A DNA stretch of 64,000 nt from Minisyncoccota bacterium (GCA_041665265.1 JBAYJE010000001.1:35081-99080); one strand, 5' to 3'. Shown: positions 17,644-27,569, numbered from the stretch's first letter. Numbers and translations are program-made. The notes: generated from the sequence alone by a model not told the origin.

Positions 17644-19962
17644 ATGAGGAGCACACTGCATACAGGTTTATTCCTCGTAATAGCAACCGCCTATCTTTTT
17701 GGTGGTGTATTTTTTGCACATGCTGCCACACCCATTTCAATCTCTCTTCAGCCTTCTAATAATTCACTCTTTGTATCGTGGACGGTCCCCGCAGATGCCA
17801 CTGAGCAGGAGGTGCGTTATGCAACAATCGCAATAGATGAAGCGAGTTTTTCAGGTGGTACGATTGTCTCAGGAGTTCCCACTCCTATACCTTCTGTGCC
17901 TCAATCGGTAACAATTAATAATTTAGCAGAAAATACTAATTATTTTGTCGGCTATCGTTATGGAGATACGGTAGGGGCGTATACGTATTCATTCGCGTCT
18001 CTCACGACACTTTCTGCTCCACCCAATCTTCCTCCCGCATCGGTTACGGGATTTTCTGGTTCAGGAACAGAGACCTCTCTTAATTTTTCATGGACCGCAC
18101 CAAGCGATACTGATCTTTCTCAATACGAAGTTCGTTATGGTACGACCCCGATAACAGAAAATTCATTTGTAAATGAAACACAGGCAGTAGGTGCACCACT
18201 TCCCATACCAACCACCTCTCAATCATTTTCAATTGGTGGTCTTTCTTCGGCAACTACGTATTATGTGGGTATTCGAGTGACCGACACAGTAGGAAATAAT
18301 TCTCCTATAGCCGTTACTTCAATTACTACTGCGACAAAGAGTGGGGGAGGAGGAAGTGGCAATGTGTCTGCACCTTCTCCTGTTTCGTCATTTTCCGCAT
18401 TGGGGAGAAGCACCTCCGCGATACTTTCGTGGCATACGCCCGATGAGCGAGGTCTTTCGGAATTCGATGTGCGTTATTCATTAACTCCAATCACTGAGGG
18501 TAATTTTTCTTCAGCAATAAAAGTAAATACCACACCTCTTCCTCTTGAAGGAAAAAACCAATCATTGGATGTTTTGGGACTTTCACCATTTACTACTTAT
18601 TATTTTGGAGTCAAAACAGTAAATACGGTGGGCATGGTCTCAACACTTGTAACTGCATCAACGACTACTGGCGCATGGGTTCCTCCTGTTACTAATCTCG
18701 TAGCAACTGCGAGTGCAACTACTCTTGATGTGTCGTGGCACACGCCTACAAGCACTATTCTTTCAGTGTTTGATGTGCGATTTGCTCCGTTTGTATTTAC
18801 TGCACCCACATTTGCCTCAGGCACACTTGCCACAGGCATGCCTCTTCCTCTTGAAAATAAAGATCAGGGATTTCGCATCTCAGGACTTTCTGCAGGAACG
18901 AATTATACAATTGGAGTTCGTATTGTAAGTACGACAGGAGAAGCATCAGACATTGTGTTTATCTCAGTAACCACACCGACCGTGGGTGGTAATTCAATTG
19001 GTGGTGGGGGAGGCGTGGGTTGGGGAGGAGGTGCCATGTATTACAATCCCGCATTGCCTTATATGGTTATTAATAATGATGCAACTTCAACTGACCGTGA
19101 ATTAGTAACTCTTTCTCTCTCTTCTCCTTTGGTGCGCGAGATGCTCATTTCAAATCGTAGTGATTTCGTAGATGCAAAATGGGAGCCCTTCGCATCGTCA
19201 TCACAGTGGGTTTTGATAGGGGGAAGCGGTATTCGTACAGTCTACGCAAAATTCAAAGATCAAAATAATGCGATAAGTAGCGTAGTCTCTGATAGTATTA
19301 TGCTCCAGCCTTTTCATGCAGTCCCGGTTCGTACACCTGCACGCACATCTTCTCCTCGACCTGTATCGGTTATTACTCCAGGAAAACCATTCGCAACTCT
19401 TATCTCTATTTATCCAACACAGATTACGGTTATAAAGGGTGACTTAGTGACTATCACGCTTGTCGCACGTCCAGAAACATCAAAAAAGTATGGCGCACAA
19501 ATAGAACTCTCGTATCCTTCAGAACTTCTTGAATTAAGATCGGTAGAATATGCGCGTGGATGGAAACCTGCGTATGATGAGGAGAATAATTATGATGATG
19601 TAGAAAACGGCATTATTCATCGGGTGATCGCATACCCTGCAGGATTTACTGAACCTTTGCGCGTTATGTCACTCACATTCTTTGCACGTGAGGATGGTGC
19701 GGGACTAGTAAAGACCACCAACGGTATTACACTTCTTTTGCGTAATAACAAAACCGCACTTCGTATGGAAACGAAATTGAGCGTTGTTCCACCATCAGGT
19801 ACTAAAAATGAGCACCTTTTTGCAAATATTCTTTCCGCTACTACAGGAAGTAATCTTGTCTCATTTGTAAGTGTGCTCTCATTTTTCAGCATTCTTTCAA
19901 TAATCTATTTTACAACGAGTAAGAAAAAGAGTTTGAAAGATATCATTTTAATAGGGAAGTAG
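17644..19962 (+). CDS. Cell-surface protein with five or six Fn3-like repeats, cohesin-like domain and C-terminal TM anchor
   Basis: Signal peptide (MRSTLHTGLFLVIATAYLFGGVFFAHA). Repeated SWTxP...EVRY...TxYYxGxR modules. C-terminal hydrophobic helix plus KKKS tail. ATG lies 9 nt after a TAATAT -10 (leaderless-like). The TTG start of the table ORF was rejected. Confidence 0.65.
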   Translation: MRSTLHTGLFLVIATAYLFGGVFFAHAATPISISLQPSNNSLFVSWTVPADATEQEVRYATIAIDEASFSGGTIVSGVPTPIPSVPQSVTINNLAENTNYFVGYRYGDTVGAYTYSFASLTTLSAPPNLPPASVTGFSGSGTETSLNFSWTAPSDTDLSQYEVRYGTTPITENSFVNETQAVGAPLPIPTTSQSFSIGGLSSATTYYVGIRVTDTVGNNSPIAVTSITTATKSGGGGSGNVSAPSPVSSFSALGRSTSAILSWHTPDERGLSEFDVRYSLTPITEGNFSSAIKVNTTPLPLEGKNQSLDVLGLSPFTTYYFGVKTVNTVGMVSTLVTASTTTGAWVPPVTNLVATASATTLDVSWHTPTSTILSVFDVRFAPFVFTAPTFASGTLATGMPLPLENKDQGFRISGLSAGTNYTIGVRIVSTTGEASDIVFISVTTPTVGGNSIGGGGGVGWGGGAMYYNPALPYMVINNDATSTDRELVTLSLSSPLVREMLISNRSDFVDAKWEPFASSSQWVLIGGSGIRTVYAKFKDQNNAISSVVSDSIMLQPFHAVPVRTPARTSSPRPVSVITPGKPFATLISIYPTQITVIKGDLVTITLVARPETSKKYGAQIELSYPSELLELRSVEYARGWKPAYDEENNYDDVENGIIHRVIAYPAGFTEPLRVMSLTFFAREDGAGLVKTTNGITLLLRNNKTALRMETKLSVVPPSGTKNEHLFANILSATTGSNLVSFVSVLSFFSILSIIYFTTSKKKSLKDIILIGK

Positions 19963-19969
19963 TATTTGT

Positions 19970-19998
19970 TTGACATCCCTCCTATATCTACGTAAAGT
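19970..19998 (+). promoter_or_regulatory. Promoter TTGACA-17-TAAAGT upstream of the uvrA operon
   Basis: Read directly. Followed by three CTCGAYAG direct repeats in the leader. Confidence 0.45.
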
Positions 19999-20132
19999 TT
20001 CCTTATAGACCCCTCCAGACATTTGGAATGGGGCAATTCATTTAGTACTAGCACAACCCTCGATAGTGGCCCTCGACAGGGTGACGCGGCGTCAAATGAA
20101 GCAGTACTCGACAGTATAATGAGGCATCGCAT

Positions 20133-22646
20133 ATGAAAGATAAAATCATCATTAAGGGAGCGCGCGAGCACAATTTAAAGAACGTGAATCTCGAGATTCC
20201 ACGCGATAAAATGACCGTATTTACGGGGCTTTCTGGTTCGGGAAAATCATCACTTGCCTTCGATACTATTTTTGCCGAGGGGCAGCGTAGGTATATTGAG
20301 TCGCTTTCTGCCTATGCGCGACAATTTTTGGGTCGTCTTGATAAGCCAGATGTAGATGAGATTGAGGGACTATCTCCCGCTATCTCCATTGATCAGAAGA
20401 GTCATTCTGCAAATCCTCGTTCCACTGTTGCAACGATTACCGAAATTTACGATTATCTGCGTGTGCTCTTTGCGCGTGGCGGAAAGCCATTTTGTCCACG
20501 ATGTGGAAGCCCTATTCAGAAAATGACGAACGAGGAGATCGTGGATATTGCGGTCGGCATCTATAAGAAAAATGAAGCAGGAAAAAATATGGTTCTACTC
20601 GCGCCAGTGGTCCGTGGTCGCAAGGGGGAGTATTATCAGCTGCTTTATGATTTTTTAAACGCAGGATTTTCAGAGGTACGCGTCGATGGCACATTTTATT
20701 CATTACGTGATCGCATAGAACTTAGTCGTTACCAACAACACACGATTGATCTTGTGGTCGATCGTATGCCTTCGAACCTCGATTTTAAAAATAAAGATAA
20801 TCGTTTGCGTCTTTCAGAAGCAATTGAGACCGCACTCAAATATGGTGGCGATGTAGTGACTATTATTACTACTGAAGAAGTTTCCCTCTCTTCAAAATTC
20901 ACGTGTCCGCGTGATGGTTTTTCATTCCCTGAAATCGAACCACGTCTTTTTTCATTCAATAGTCCGTTTGGTGCATGTCCTGCCTGTAATGGTCTTGGCA
21001 CAGAAAATATCTGGTCAGAAAAAATATGTGAAGTCTGTGCAGGGAAGCGTCTTAAAGAAGAGGCATTGAACGTGCTTATCGGAAATAAAAGTATTCAATC
21101 GGTTACCGCACTCTCAGTAATTCATGCCTACAATTTTTTTGACACCTTGAAAGAAATTAAAGACCCTCGCTTTAAAGAAGTGGCCGAACTTCCTATTCGG
21201 GAAATTAAAAATAGATTGAAGTTTCTTATTGATGTAGGACTTGAGTATCTGACACTTGATCGAAGAGCGGGGACTCTTTCAGGTGGAGAGTCACAACGTA
21301 TTCGACTTGCCTCACAAATTGGTTCACGTCTTATGGGAACGCTTTATATTTTGGATGAACCTACTGTAGGACTGCATCAGCGTGATAATGCAAAACTCAT
21401 TAAAACCCTGCAGGAGCTTCGCGATTTAGGGAATACCGTAATTGTGGTGGAACATGATGAGGAGACGATTCGTGCTGCAGATTACCTTGTGGATATTGGC
21501 CCTGGTGCGGGGGTGCATGGTGGGCACGTGGTAGCCGCGGGTCCTATTCCTGAGATTTTGACTGACATGAAGCAGAAATCACTCACTCTCGACTATCTTC
21601 GGGGGAAAGAATTTATCGAGACGCCGAAAGAGCGGCGTAATGTCACGAAAGATCACGATGCGTTGAAATTGAAGGGAGTAACGGAAAACAATTTAAAAAA
21701 TATTAATATCAGTATTCCTTTGCGAAGATTTACTGCAATTACGGGTGTCTCGGGTTCGGGAAAAAGCTCACTTGTCTACGATGTACTTTATAAACATCTC
21801 GCCAATCTTTTTAATGACGCGACCTACAAAGTTGGCGCACATAAAGGAATTACTGGGACGGAATATATTAATCGTGTGATTAATATTGACCAGGGAGCAA
21901 TCGGACGCACCCCACGCTCAAACCCCGCAACCTATGTAGGTGCGTGGACATTTATTCGTGATCTTTTTGCAGCTACCGAAGATGCGCGTGTGCGTGGGTA
22001 TAAACCAGGGCGCTTTAGTTTTAACGTAAAAGGGGGACGTTGTGAAAACTGTGAAGGGCATGGCGTAATTGCCATTGAAATGCACTTCTTGCCGACAGTC
22101 TACGTGACCTGTGACATCTGCAAGGGAAAACGTTTTGATCGCGAGACTCTTGAAGTGGAATATAAAGGAAAGAATATTCACGACGTATTAAAAACAACCA
22201 TTGAAGAAGCGGCCACGTTCTTTGAAGAAATCCCTTGGCTCTATGATAGATTAAAAATTTTAAACGAGGTGGGCTTGGGCTATCTTGAGCTTGGACAATC
22301 CGCAACGACGCTTTCGGGAGGTGAAGCACAACGCATTAAATTAGCAGCTGAGTTAGGAAAGCGTGATACGAGAAAGACCATCTATCTTTTGGACGAGCCC
22401 ACGACCGGACTCCATTTCGCTGATGTGCAAAAATTACTCGAAGTACTTCAGCGACTTGTGAATCGTGGCAATACCGTAGTCGTCATCGAACACAACCTCG
22501 AAGTTATTAAATCAGCAGATTGGGTGATTGATCTTGGTCCTGAGGGAGGTGAGCAGGGTGGAGAGGTTATTTGTGAGGGAACTCCCGAGGATGTGGCACG
22601 CAAAGGGAGAAGTTACACAGGTCACTATTTGAAAAAAGTGATATAG
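20133..22646 (+). CDS. uvrA: Excinuclease ABC subunit A (short form)
   Basis: Two ABC ATPase modules ([27 protein letters not shown]) and zinc-finger Cys clusters. 837 aa. Confidence 0.95.
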   Translation: MKDKIIIKGAREHNLKNVNLEIPRDKMTVFTGLSGSGKSSLAFDTIFAEGQRRYIESLSAYARQFLGRLDKPDVDEIEGLSPAISIDQKSHSANPRSTVATITEIYDYLRVLFARGGKPFCPRCGSPIQKMTNEEIVDIAVGIYKKNEAGKNMVLLAPVVRGRKGEYYQLLYDFLNAGFSEVRVDGTFYSLRDRIELSRYQQHTIDLVVDRMPSNLDFKNKDNRLRLSEAIETALKYGGDVVTIITTEEVSLSSKFTCPRDGFSFPEIEPRLFSFNSPFGACPACNGLGTENIWSEKICEVCAGKRLKEEALNVLIGNKSIQSVTALSVIHAYNFFDTLKEIKDPRFKEVAELPIREIKNRLKFLIDVGLEYLTLDRRAGTLSGGESQRIRLASQIGSRLMGTLYILDEPTVGLHQRDNAKLIKTLQELRDLGNTVIVVEHDEETIRAADYLVDIGPGAGVHGGHVVAAGPIPEILTDMKQKSLTLDYLRGKEFIETPKERRNVTKDHDALKLKGVTENNLKNINISIPLRRFTAITGVSGSGKSSLVYDVLYKHLANLFNDATYKVGAHKGITGTEYINRVINIDQGAIGRTPRSNPATYVGAWTFIRDLFAATEDARVRGYKPGRFSFNVKGGRCENCEGHGVIAIEMHFLPTVYVTCDICKGKRFDRETLEVEYKGKNIHDVLKTTIEEAATFFEEIPWLYDRLKILNEVGLGYLELGQSATTLSGGEAQRIKLAAELGKRDTRKTIYLLDEPTTGLHFADVQKLLEVLQRLVNRGNTVVVIEHNLEVIKSADWVIDLGPEGGEQGGEVICEGTPEDVARKGRSYTGHYLKKVI

Positions 22647-22654
22647 TAACAAGA

Positions 22655-23524
22655 ATGACATCAGTAGGAACAAAGAAAAAAGTAGGACTCGCTTTAGGAG
22701 GAGGTGGCGCAAAAGGCTTGGCGCATATTGGCGTCATTAAAGAGTTGGAGCGTATGGGCATCGAGATTAGTTTTATTTCAGGAACAAGTATGGGGGCCTT
22801 AGTAGGTGCATGGTATGCAGCTACGAAAGATATTGATGCACTTGAGAAATTATTCCTTGGGGTCACGAAAGACGGCATCTTTCCGGTAGGAAAGATAATT
22901 CGTAAACATGATGGGAACGTGTTCAAGGATCCTATGGTTCCTGCATTTTATGAATCTCGTCTTGATGGCATTATGTTTGACGAGTGCAAAATTCCCTTTA
23001 AAGCAGTAGCCACCGATGTAAAAAATGGGAATCAGGTAGTGTTGGGCGAGGGGAAGGTAATGGATGCAGTTCGTGCAAGTGCAGCACTTCCTATTGTGTT
23101 TAATCCTGTTGAAATTGAAGGAAGAATTCTTATGGATGGAGGATTCGTAAATCCTGTTCCTGCTGATGTAGTAAAAGAAATGGGAGCTGATATTGTAATT
23201 GCCGTTGATGTATCAAGTAAGTGGATTGATTTTAGTGAAATGCGTTTTGATCTCTTGCATATGCACTCCATTGTTTCTGGTGCAATGTCGGTAGTGGAGT
23301 ATCAAGTAGCAAAAAAGATTCTAAAAGAGAATGCTGATATTGTATTGAATCCCGCGGTACTTAGTTATAACTGGCTCGAATTTAATAATGCAAAAGAACT
23401 TATTTTATGTGGAAAGAAAGAGACACATTTGCACCGAGAAGAAATAGGAAAGAGAACGGGGCATAGACTTGCAGAAAAATCATCATTTGAAACGTTTATG
23501 GATTTTATCTTGTATTCCGATTAG
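22655..23524 (+). CDS. Patatin-like phospholipase
   Basis: GGGGAKGLAHIGV oxyanion motif, GTSMG nucleophile elbow (GxSxG), DGG catalytic Asp motif. Confidence 0.8.
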   Translation: MTSVGTKKKVGLALGGGGAKGLAHIGVIKELERMGIEISFISGTSMGALVGAWYAATKDIDALEKLFLGVTKDGIFPVGKIIRKHDGNVFKDPMVPAFYESRLDGIMFDECKIPFKAVATDVKNGNQVVLGEGKVMDAVRASAALPIVFNPVEIEGRILMDGGFVNPVPADVVKEMGADIVIAVDVSSKWIDFSEMRFDLLHMHSIVSGAMSVVEYQVAKKILKENADIVLNPAVLSYNWLEFNNAKELILCGKKETHLHREEIGKRTGHRLAEKSSFETFMDFILYSD

Positions 23525-23539
23525 TGGGCACATACTTCA

Positions 23540-24760
23540 ATGAAGAAATTGTATTTACATATTCCGGAAACTCCCGGCGTGTATTTTATGAAGGATGGCG
23601 CAGGGAAGATTCTTTATATTGGCAAAGCCGCGAATTTAAAACGGCGCGTGTCGAGTTATTTTTTGCGTCCGCATGATACCCGCATTCAAAAGATGGTTTC
23701 GGAAATTCGTGCGATTGAATATAAAGAGGCAGGAACGGCACTCGAGGCACTTATTCTTGAGTCGAAGTATATTAAGGAACTTCAGCCACCGTTTAATATC
23801 AGAGAAAAAGATGATAAGAGTTTTTTATATGTAGTCATCACCAAAGATGTATTTCCTCGTGTACTCTTGGTGCGTGGTAAGGAAATAGCAAAAGAGGACT
23901 CTCTTGTACAATTTGGTCCCTTCACCTCTGCTTCAAATCTTCGCGAGGCACTCCGCATTATGCGTCGTATCTTCCCTTGGAATACACATCTGCCAGAAGT
24001 AGTAGCAAAAGCATATGAGAGCACCGGAAAGAAGGTGAGGCCTTGTTTGGAGTATGAGATAGGTATCTGCCCAGGGACGTGTATAGGTGCAATATCCTCA
24101 AAAGAATATAAAAACATCATTCGCAATCTCACCCTTTTCTTTGAGGGGAAGAAGGAGAGGGTACTTGCGGCATTTACGCGTGAGATGAAAACAGCAAGTA
24201 AAAAGCAGGAGTTTGAGAAAGCAGAGCAGATAAAGCGTCGTTTGTTTGCCTTACAACATATTCAAGATGTTGCACTTATTCACGATTCCGAAGTGGCAAG
24301 TGGCAAGGAGGGTGAACGTCCGTATCGTATCGAAGGGTATGACATTTCAAATATTGGAGGAATATCAGCAGTGGGCTCAATGGTGGTTTTTACGAATGGT
24401 ATTTCAGATAAAAAAGAATATCGAAAATTTAAAATTCGTACGGTTACCGAGGCAGATGATGTGGGTATGTTGCGTGAAATACTTATTCGTCGATTTACGA
24501 ATAAGTGGCCGTTGCCCGATTGCATCTTGATTGATGGAGGCAGAGGACAGGTGAATGTAGCGAAAGAAATACTCTTGAAGTATGGACTCACAATTCCTCT
24601 CGTGGGTCTTGCAAAAGGACCCGAGCGAAAAAAGAATGAGGTAATAGGCACGATTCCCAAAGAAGTTACCCTTGCCACTCTTATTAAGGTGCGTGATGAG
24701 GCACATCGATTTGCGGTCGCGTATCACAAAAAAGTTCGCTCTACACAATTCTTTAAATAA
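23540..24760 (+). CDS. uvrC: Excinuclease ABC subunit C, short form lacking the C-terminal (HhH)2 domain
   Basis: GIY-YIG (GVYFMKD..ILYIGKAANLKRRVSSYF), UVR motif, RNase H-like endonuclease domain (YRIEGYDISN...ILIDGGRGQ). 406 aa. Confidence 0.8.
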   Translation: MKKLYLHIPETPGVYFMKDGAGKILYIGKAANLKRRVSSYFLRPHDTRIQKMVSEIRAIEYKEAGTALEALILESKYIKELQPPFNIREKDDKSFLYVVITKDVFPRVLLVRGKEIAKEDSLVQFGPFTSASNLREALRIMRRIFPWNTHLPEVVAKAYESTGKKVRPCLEYEIGICPGTCIGAISSKEYKNIIRNLTLFFEGKKERVLAAFTREMKTASKKQEFEKAEQIKRRLFALQHIQDVALIHDSEVASGKEGERPYRIEGYDISNIGGISAVGSMVVFTNGISDKKEYRKFKIRTVTEADDVGMLREILIRRFTNKWPLPDCILIDGGRGQVNVAKEILLKYGLTIPLVGLAKGPERKKNEVIGTIPKEVTLATLIKVRDEAHRFAVAYHKKVRSTQFFK

Positions 24761-24787
24761 AAAGAGACCCATGCTTCCTATGGTACA

Positions 24788-25657
24788 ATGAGGAAAATGG
24801 CCGCAATAAAATTACCATATATTGGAGCACACGTTTCGGCAAATGGAGGATTTGGTGAGGCACTTGTGCGCGCTGAGGCAATGGGCGCAACCGCAATGCA
24901 GATTTTTGGTTCCTCGCCGCGTATGTGGCGGGCACGAATGCCACTCGCCGCAGATGCGCGGGCATTCAAAGCAGCATACGAGAAGAGTACGGTAAAAGGA
25001 CTGTATCTTCATGCGGCCTATTTGGTAAATGTGGCGAGCTCATCTCCTACTATTTATAACTCCTCAATTCAAAGTCTTATTGATCACTTATCAATTGTAG
25101 AAGCAATTGGAGGTGACGGACTTATTTTTCATATCGGTTCTTCAAAAGGAGGTACGCGAGAGGAAGCGCTTGCAAAAGAAATAATGGCAATTAAAAAAGT
25201 ACTTCACGCAGTGCCGGGCAAAGCGAAGCTTCTTATGGAAAATACGGCAGGTGGAGGCGAGAAGATTGGAGTAGGTATTGATGAGATGGCACAAATGTTC
25301 AATGAAGTAAATTCAGAGAGATTAAAAATCTGTTTTGATACTGCACACGCCTTTGAGGCAGGAGCAGTAAGTGCGTATACGAAAGAAAGTGTGAAGTCAC
25401 TTTTCAATGCGTGGGATAAGGCAATTGGGGTAGAGAATATCGAGGTGATTCATGCAAACGATTCGAAGACAGAATCAGGTTCGCATCATGACCGTCACGA
25501 GAATATTGGTGCAGGGTTTATCGGCCTTGATGGATTTAAAGCACTTGCAGGAGATAAGAGACTTCGCGATAAGGCATGGATACTTGAGGTTCCCGGATTT
25601 CATGAGCTTGGGCCGGATAAAGAAAATATCGATATCTTAAAATCTTGTTTTAAGTAA
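24788..25657 (+). CDS. nfo: Endonuclease IV (AP endonuclease family 2)
   Basis: IGAHVSANGG N-terminus. TIM-barrel metal-site His/Asp/Glu pattern (HAAYLVN, HIGS, FDTAHAF, LEVP). Confidence 0.85.
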   Translation: MRKMAAIKLPYIGAHVSANGGFGEALVRAEAMGATAMQIFGSSPRMWRARMPLAADARAFKAAYEKSTVKGLYLHAAYLVNVASSSPTIYNSSIQSLIDHLSIVEAIGGDGLIFHIGSSKGGTREEALAKEIMAIKKVLHAVPGKAKLLMENTAGGGEKIGVGIDEMAQMFNEVNSERLKICFDTAHAFEAGAVSAYTKESVKSLFNAWDKAIGVENIEVIHANDSKTESGSHHDRHENIGAGFIGLDGFKALAGDKRLRDKAWILEVPGFHELGPDKENIDILKSCFK

Positions 25658-25659
25658 AA

Positions 25660-25684
25660 TAAAAATCCCGCCATATGGCGGGAT
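25660..25684 (-). terminator. Intrinsic terminator (mainly for minus-strand gene 25689..25943; also follows nfo)
   Basis: AAAAA-ATCCCGCCA-tat-GGCGGGAT. Confidence 0.6.
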
Positions 25685-25688
25685 TCGA

Positions 25689-25943
25689 TTAACTTCGGGC
25701 TGCAACTCCTCGTATGTACATGCCATACGCCATCATTGCTTTTGCTCCTTCTGCAAGATATTTTCCGGCGCATACTGAGCAGAGGTCAGGAGAAATTTCG
25801 CTATCCAGAACTTTGTCGCGATGTTCCGGGCAGAAGATGCGATTGCAATTCGGGCAAGGTATAGGAGGGAAGCTCTCTGTTTGAAACGTTGTGTTGCATA
25901 TACCACACGGATACGTGGTTGCAGATGCGGTGATTAATTGCAT
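25689..25943 (-). CDS. Small zinc-ribbon protein
   Basis: GGAG SD upstream of the ATG at 25943. CGIC..x..CPNC..FCPEH..CSVC four-Cys pairs. Table ORF 25689..26072 trimmed to the SD-supported start. Confidence 0.5.
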   Translation of the reverse strand: MQLITASATTYPCGICNTTFQTESFPPIPCPNCNRIFCPEHRDKVLDSEISPDLCSVCAGKYLAEGAKAMMAYGMYIRGVAARS

Positions 25944-26004
25944 AAAGCTCTCCTTTTGTCGTGTATAATAGTGAGTGAGTACTAAAAAGAAGATACAATA
26001 AATC

Positions 26005-26355
26005 ATGAAAATTGTAAACAAGACGAAGCAGACCGTGCTTGCAGAGCATGCGAGAGTGGCCCGAACGCTCAATGAAAAGACAGTGGGATTATTAGAGGAA
26101 ACAAAGCCTGCCTCACTCTATATGCGGACACGCTGGGGTATTCATATGGTAGGAATGAGATTCCCGATAGATTGTGTGATATTCGACGACGAGTACAAAG
26201 TAAGAAAGATGGTGCATAGTCTTATGCCAGGGAAGATGTTTTTCTGGAATCCAATGTATGCAAACGTCCTAGAGCTTCCCGAAAGAACCCTAAAGAATAC
26301 GCGTACGGAGCTAGGTGATAGTATAGAAATGAGCGAGGAGGGTATGGTAGTATAG
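26005..26355 (+). CDS. DUF192 (COG1430) family protein
   Basis: GLLEET..MRTRWGIHMVGMRFPIDCVIFDDEYKV pattern typical of DUF192. Confidence 0.5.
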   Translation: MKIVNKTKQTVLAEHARVARTLNEKTVGLLEETKPASLYMRTRWGIHMVGMRFPIDCVIFDDEYKVRKMVHSLMPGKMFFWNPMYANVLELPERTLKNTRTELGDSIEMSEEGMVV

Positions 26356-26360
26356 AAGCC

Positions 26361-26876
26361 ATGGAAATAAACAAAGAAGGGAAGATGTTTATGGGGTTAA
26401 TCGTCGCAATTGTCCTTGTAATCGTGGGGGCCTACGAATATACAGGTGCACCATCTACAGATGAGACAAAGAAAGAACAACCAATCGCAACAAGTACTAC
26501 GGCGACAAGTACTGTGCAAAGCGGAATAAAACAAACAAATAAACCTATGAACGGACTTGAAATTATTGATGAGGTAGTAGGAACGGGAACAGAAGCAGTC
26601 GCGGGAAAAACAGTGAGCGTACATTATGTGGGCACACTTACGAACGGAAAGAAGTTTGATAGTTCACGCGATCGTGGCACCCCATTCTCTTTTAGTCTTG
26701 GCGCAGGAGAGGTCATCAAGGGATGGGACCAGGGCGTGGCAGGTATGAAGGTAGGAGGAAAGAGAAAACTCACCATTGCACCGGAATTGGCGTATGGGAG
26801 TAGGGAAGTGGGCGGTGGGCTCATTCCTGCAAATTCAACATTAGTATTTGAAGTGGAGTTGTTGGACGTAAAGTAA
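26361..26876 (+). CDS. FKBP-type peptidyl-prolyl cis-trans isomerase, membrane-anchored/secreted
   Basis: N-terminal hydrophobic anchor. VSVHYVGTLTNGKKFDSSRDRGTPFSFSLGAGEVIKGWDQGVAGMKVGGKRKLTIAPELAYG is a canonical FKBP domain. Confidence 0.85.
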   Translation: MEINKEGKMFMGLIVAIVLVIVGAYEYTGAPSTDETKKEQPIATSTTATSTVQSGIKQTNKPMNGLEIIDEVVGTGTEAVAGKTVSVHYVGTLTNGKKFDSSRDRGTPFSFSLGAGEVIKGWDQGVAGMKVGGKRKLTIAPELAYGSREVGGGLIPANSTLVFEVELLDVK

Positions 26877-26956
26877 GAGGCATCATTCCCCATCTTTCAT
26901 CAGCCGAGTTTCCGCAAAAGATAGATTATCCTCTCTCGAATAAAGAAGGAACGAAT

Positions 26957-26990
26957 AAGAGTGGACTCAAACCCCGCCTGCCTGGCGGGG
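26957..26990 (+). terminator. Intrinsic terminator after the FKBP gene
   Basis: CCCCGCC-tgcctg-GCGGGG plus TTTT. Confidence 0.6.
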
Positions 26991-27027
26991 TTTTCGAACA
27001 ACACTCTTCTTCTCCTTCTTTTTATTC

Positions 27028-27065
27028 TCCCTGCCTGCCGGCAGGCAGGCTTGCGGGGCTTTTGG
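27028..27065 (+). terminator. Second GC-rich palindromic hairpin (CTGCCTGCC/GGCAGGCAG) plus T-run. Convergent terminator region.
   Basis: Perfect palindrome CTGCCTGCCGGCAGGCAG followed by CTTGCGGGGCTTTTGGG. Confidence 0.5.
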
Positions 27066-27066
27066 G

Positions 27067-27462
27067 TTATTCAGATTTTTTGAATTCATTCATGCTCTCA
27101 AAATTGCCGGGCTTGAGGGAGAATTTTTTAAACAAATGAGTGAGGACTCCGATCAATCGAGTATCATCTTCGAGCATAGCGAGATGCCAGAAGAGAATAA
27201 ATTCATCAGCAGAAAATTGTTGATCGCTCTGGATTTCTTGCAGCTCCGCATCAACCAAGATACCGAGCTTGTAGGCGAGATCTTTCGCGTCGTACAAGAA
27301 TAGTGGGGTATTGTTGTATTCAATCCAGCACGCAGTTTCGAGAACTTGCCATGAGGTTCCTCTGGTGATTTCGGCTTTGATTGCGTGGTAGAAGATTCTG
27401 AATGCTTCGTAGAAATTTGAATATGTTCCGATATTCTGTAGGTTAATCGCAACGGTAAACAT
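27067..27462 (-). CDS. Hypothetical protein (orphan)
   Basis: GGGAGGA SD. Own TTGACT-17-AATAAT promoter on the minus strand. Confidence 0.5.
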   Translation of the reverse strand: MFTVAINLQNIGTYSNFYEAFRIFYHAIKAEITRGTSWQVLETACWIEYNNTPLFLYDAKDLAYKLGILVDAELQEIQSDQQFSADEFILFWHLAMLEDDTRLIGVLTHLFKKFSLKPGNFESMNEFKKSE

Positions 27463-27503
27463 ACACTTCCTCCCTGTGATTAGTAAAACAAATGACTGGT
27501 CGC

Positions 27504-27532
27504 ATTATTCAATAAGAGAATGTAAAAGTCAA
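27504..27532 (-). promoter_or_regulatory. Promoter TTGACT-17-AATAAT (minus strand) for gene 27067..27462
   Basis: Reverse complement read directly. Back-to-back with a plus-strand TTGACA at 27539..27544. Confidence 0.5.
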
Positions 27533-27542
27533 TTATGATTGA

Positions 27543-27569
27543 CACCATAGCAATTGTATTGCTATGGTG
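27543..27569. promoter_or_regulatory. Operator-like palindrome CACCATAGCAA-ttgta-TTGCTATGGTG between the divergent promoters of 27067(-) and 27604(+)
   Basis: Perfect 11-bp arms. Overlaps the plus-strand TTGACA -35 and the likely -10 (TATGGT). T-run follows. Confidence 0.45.
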
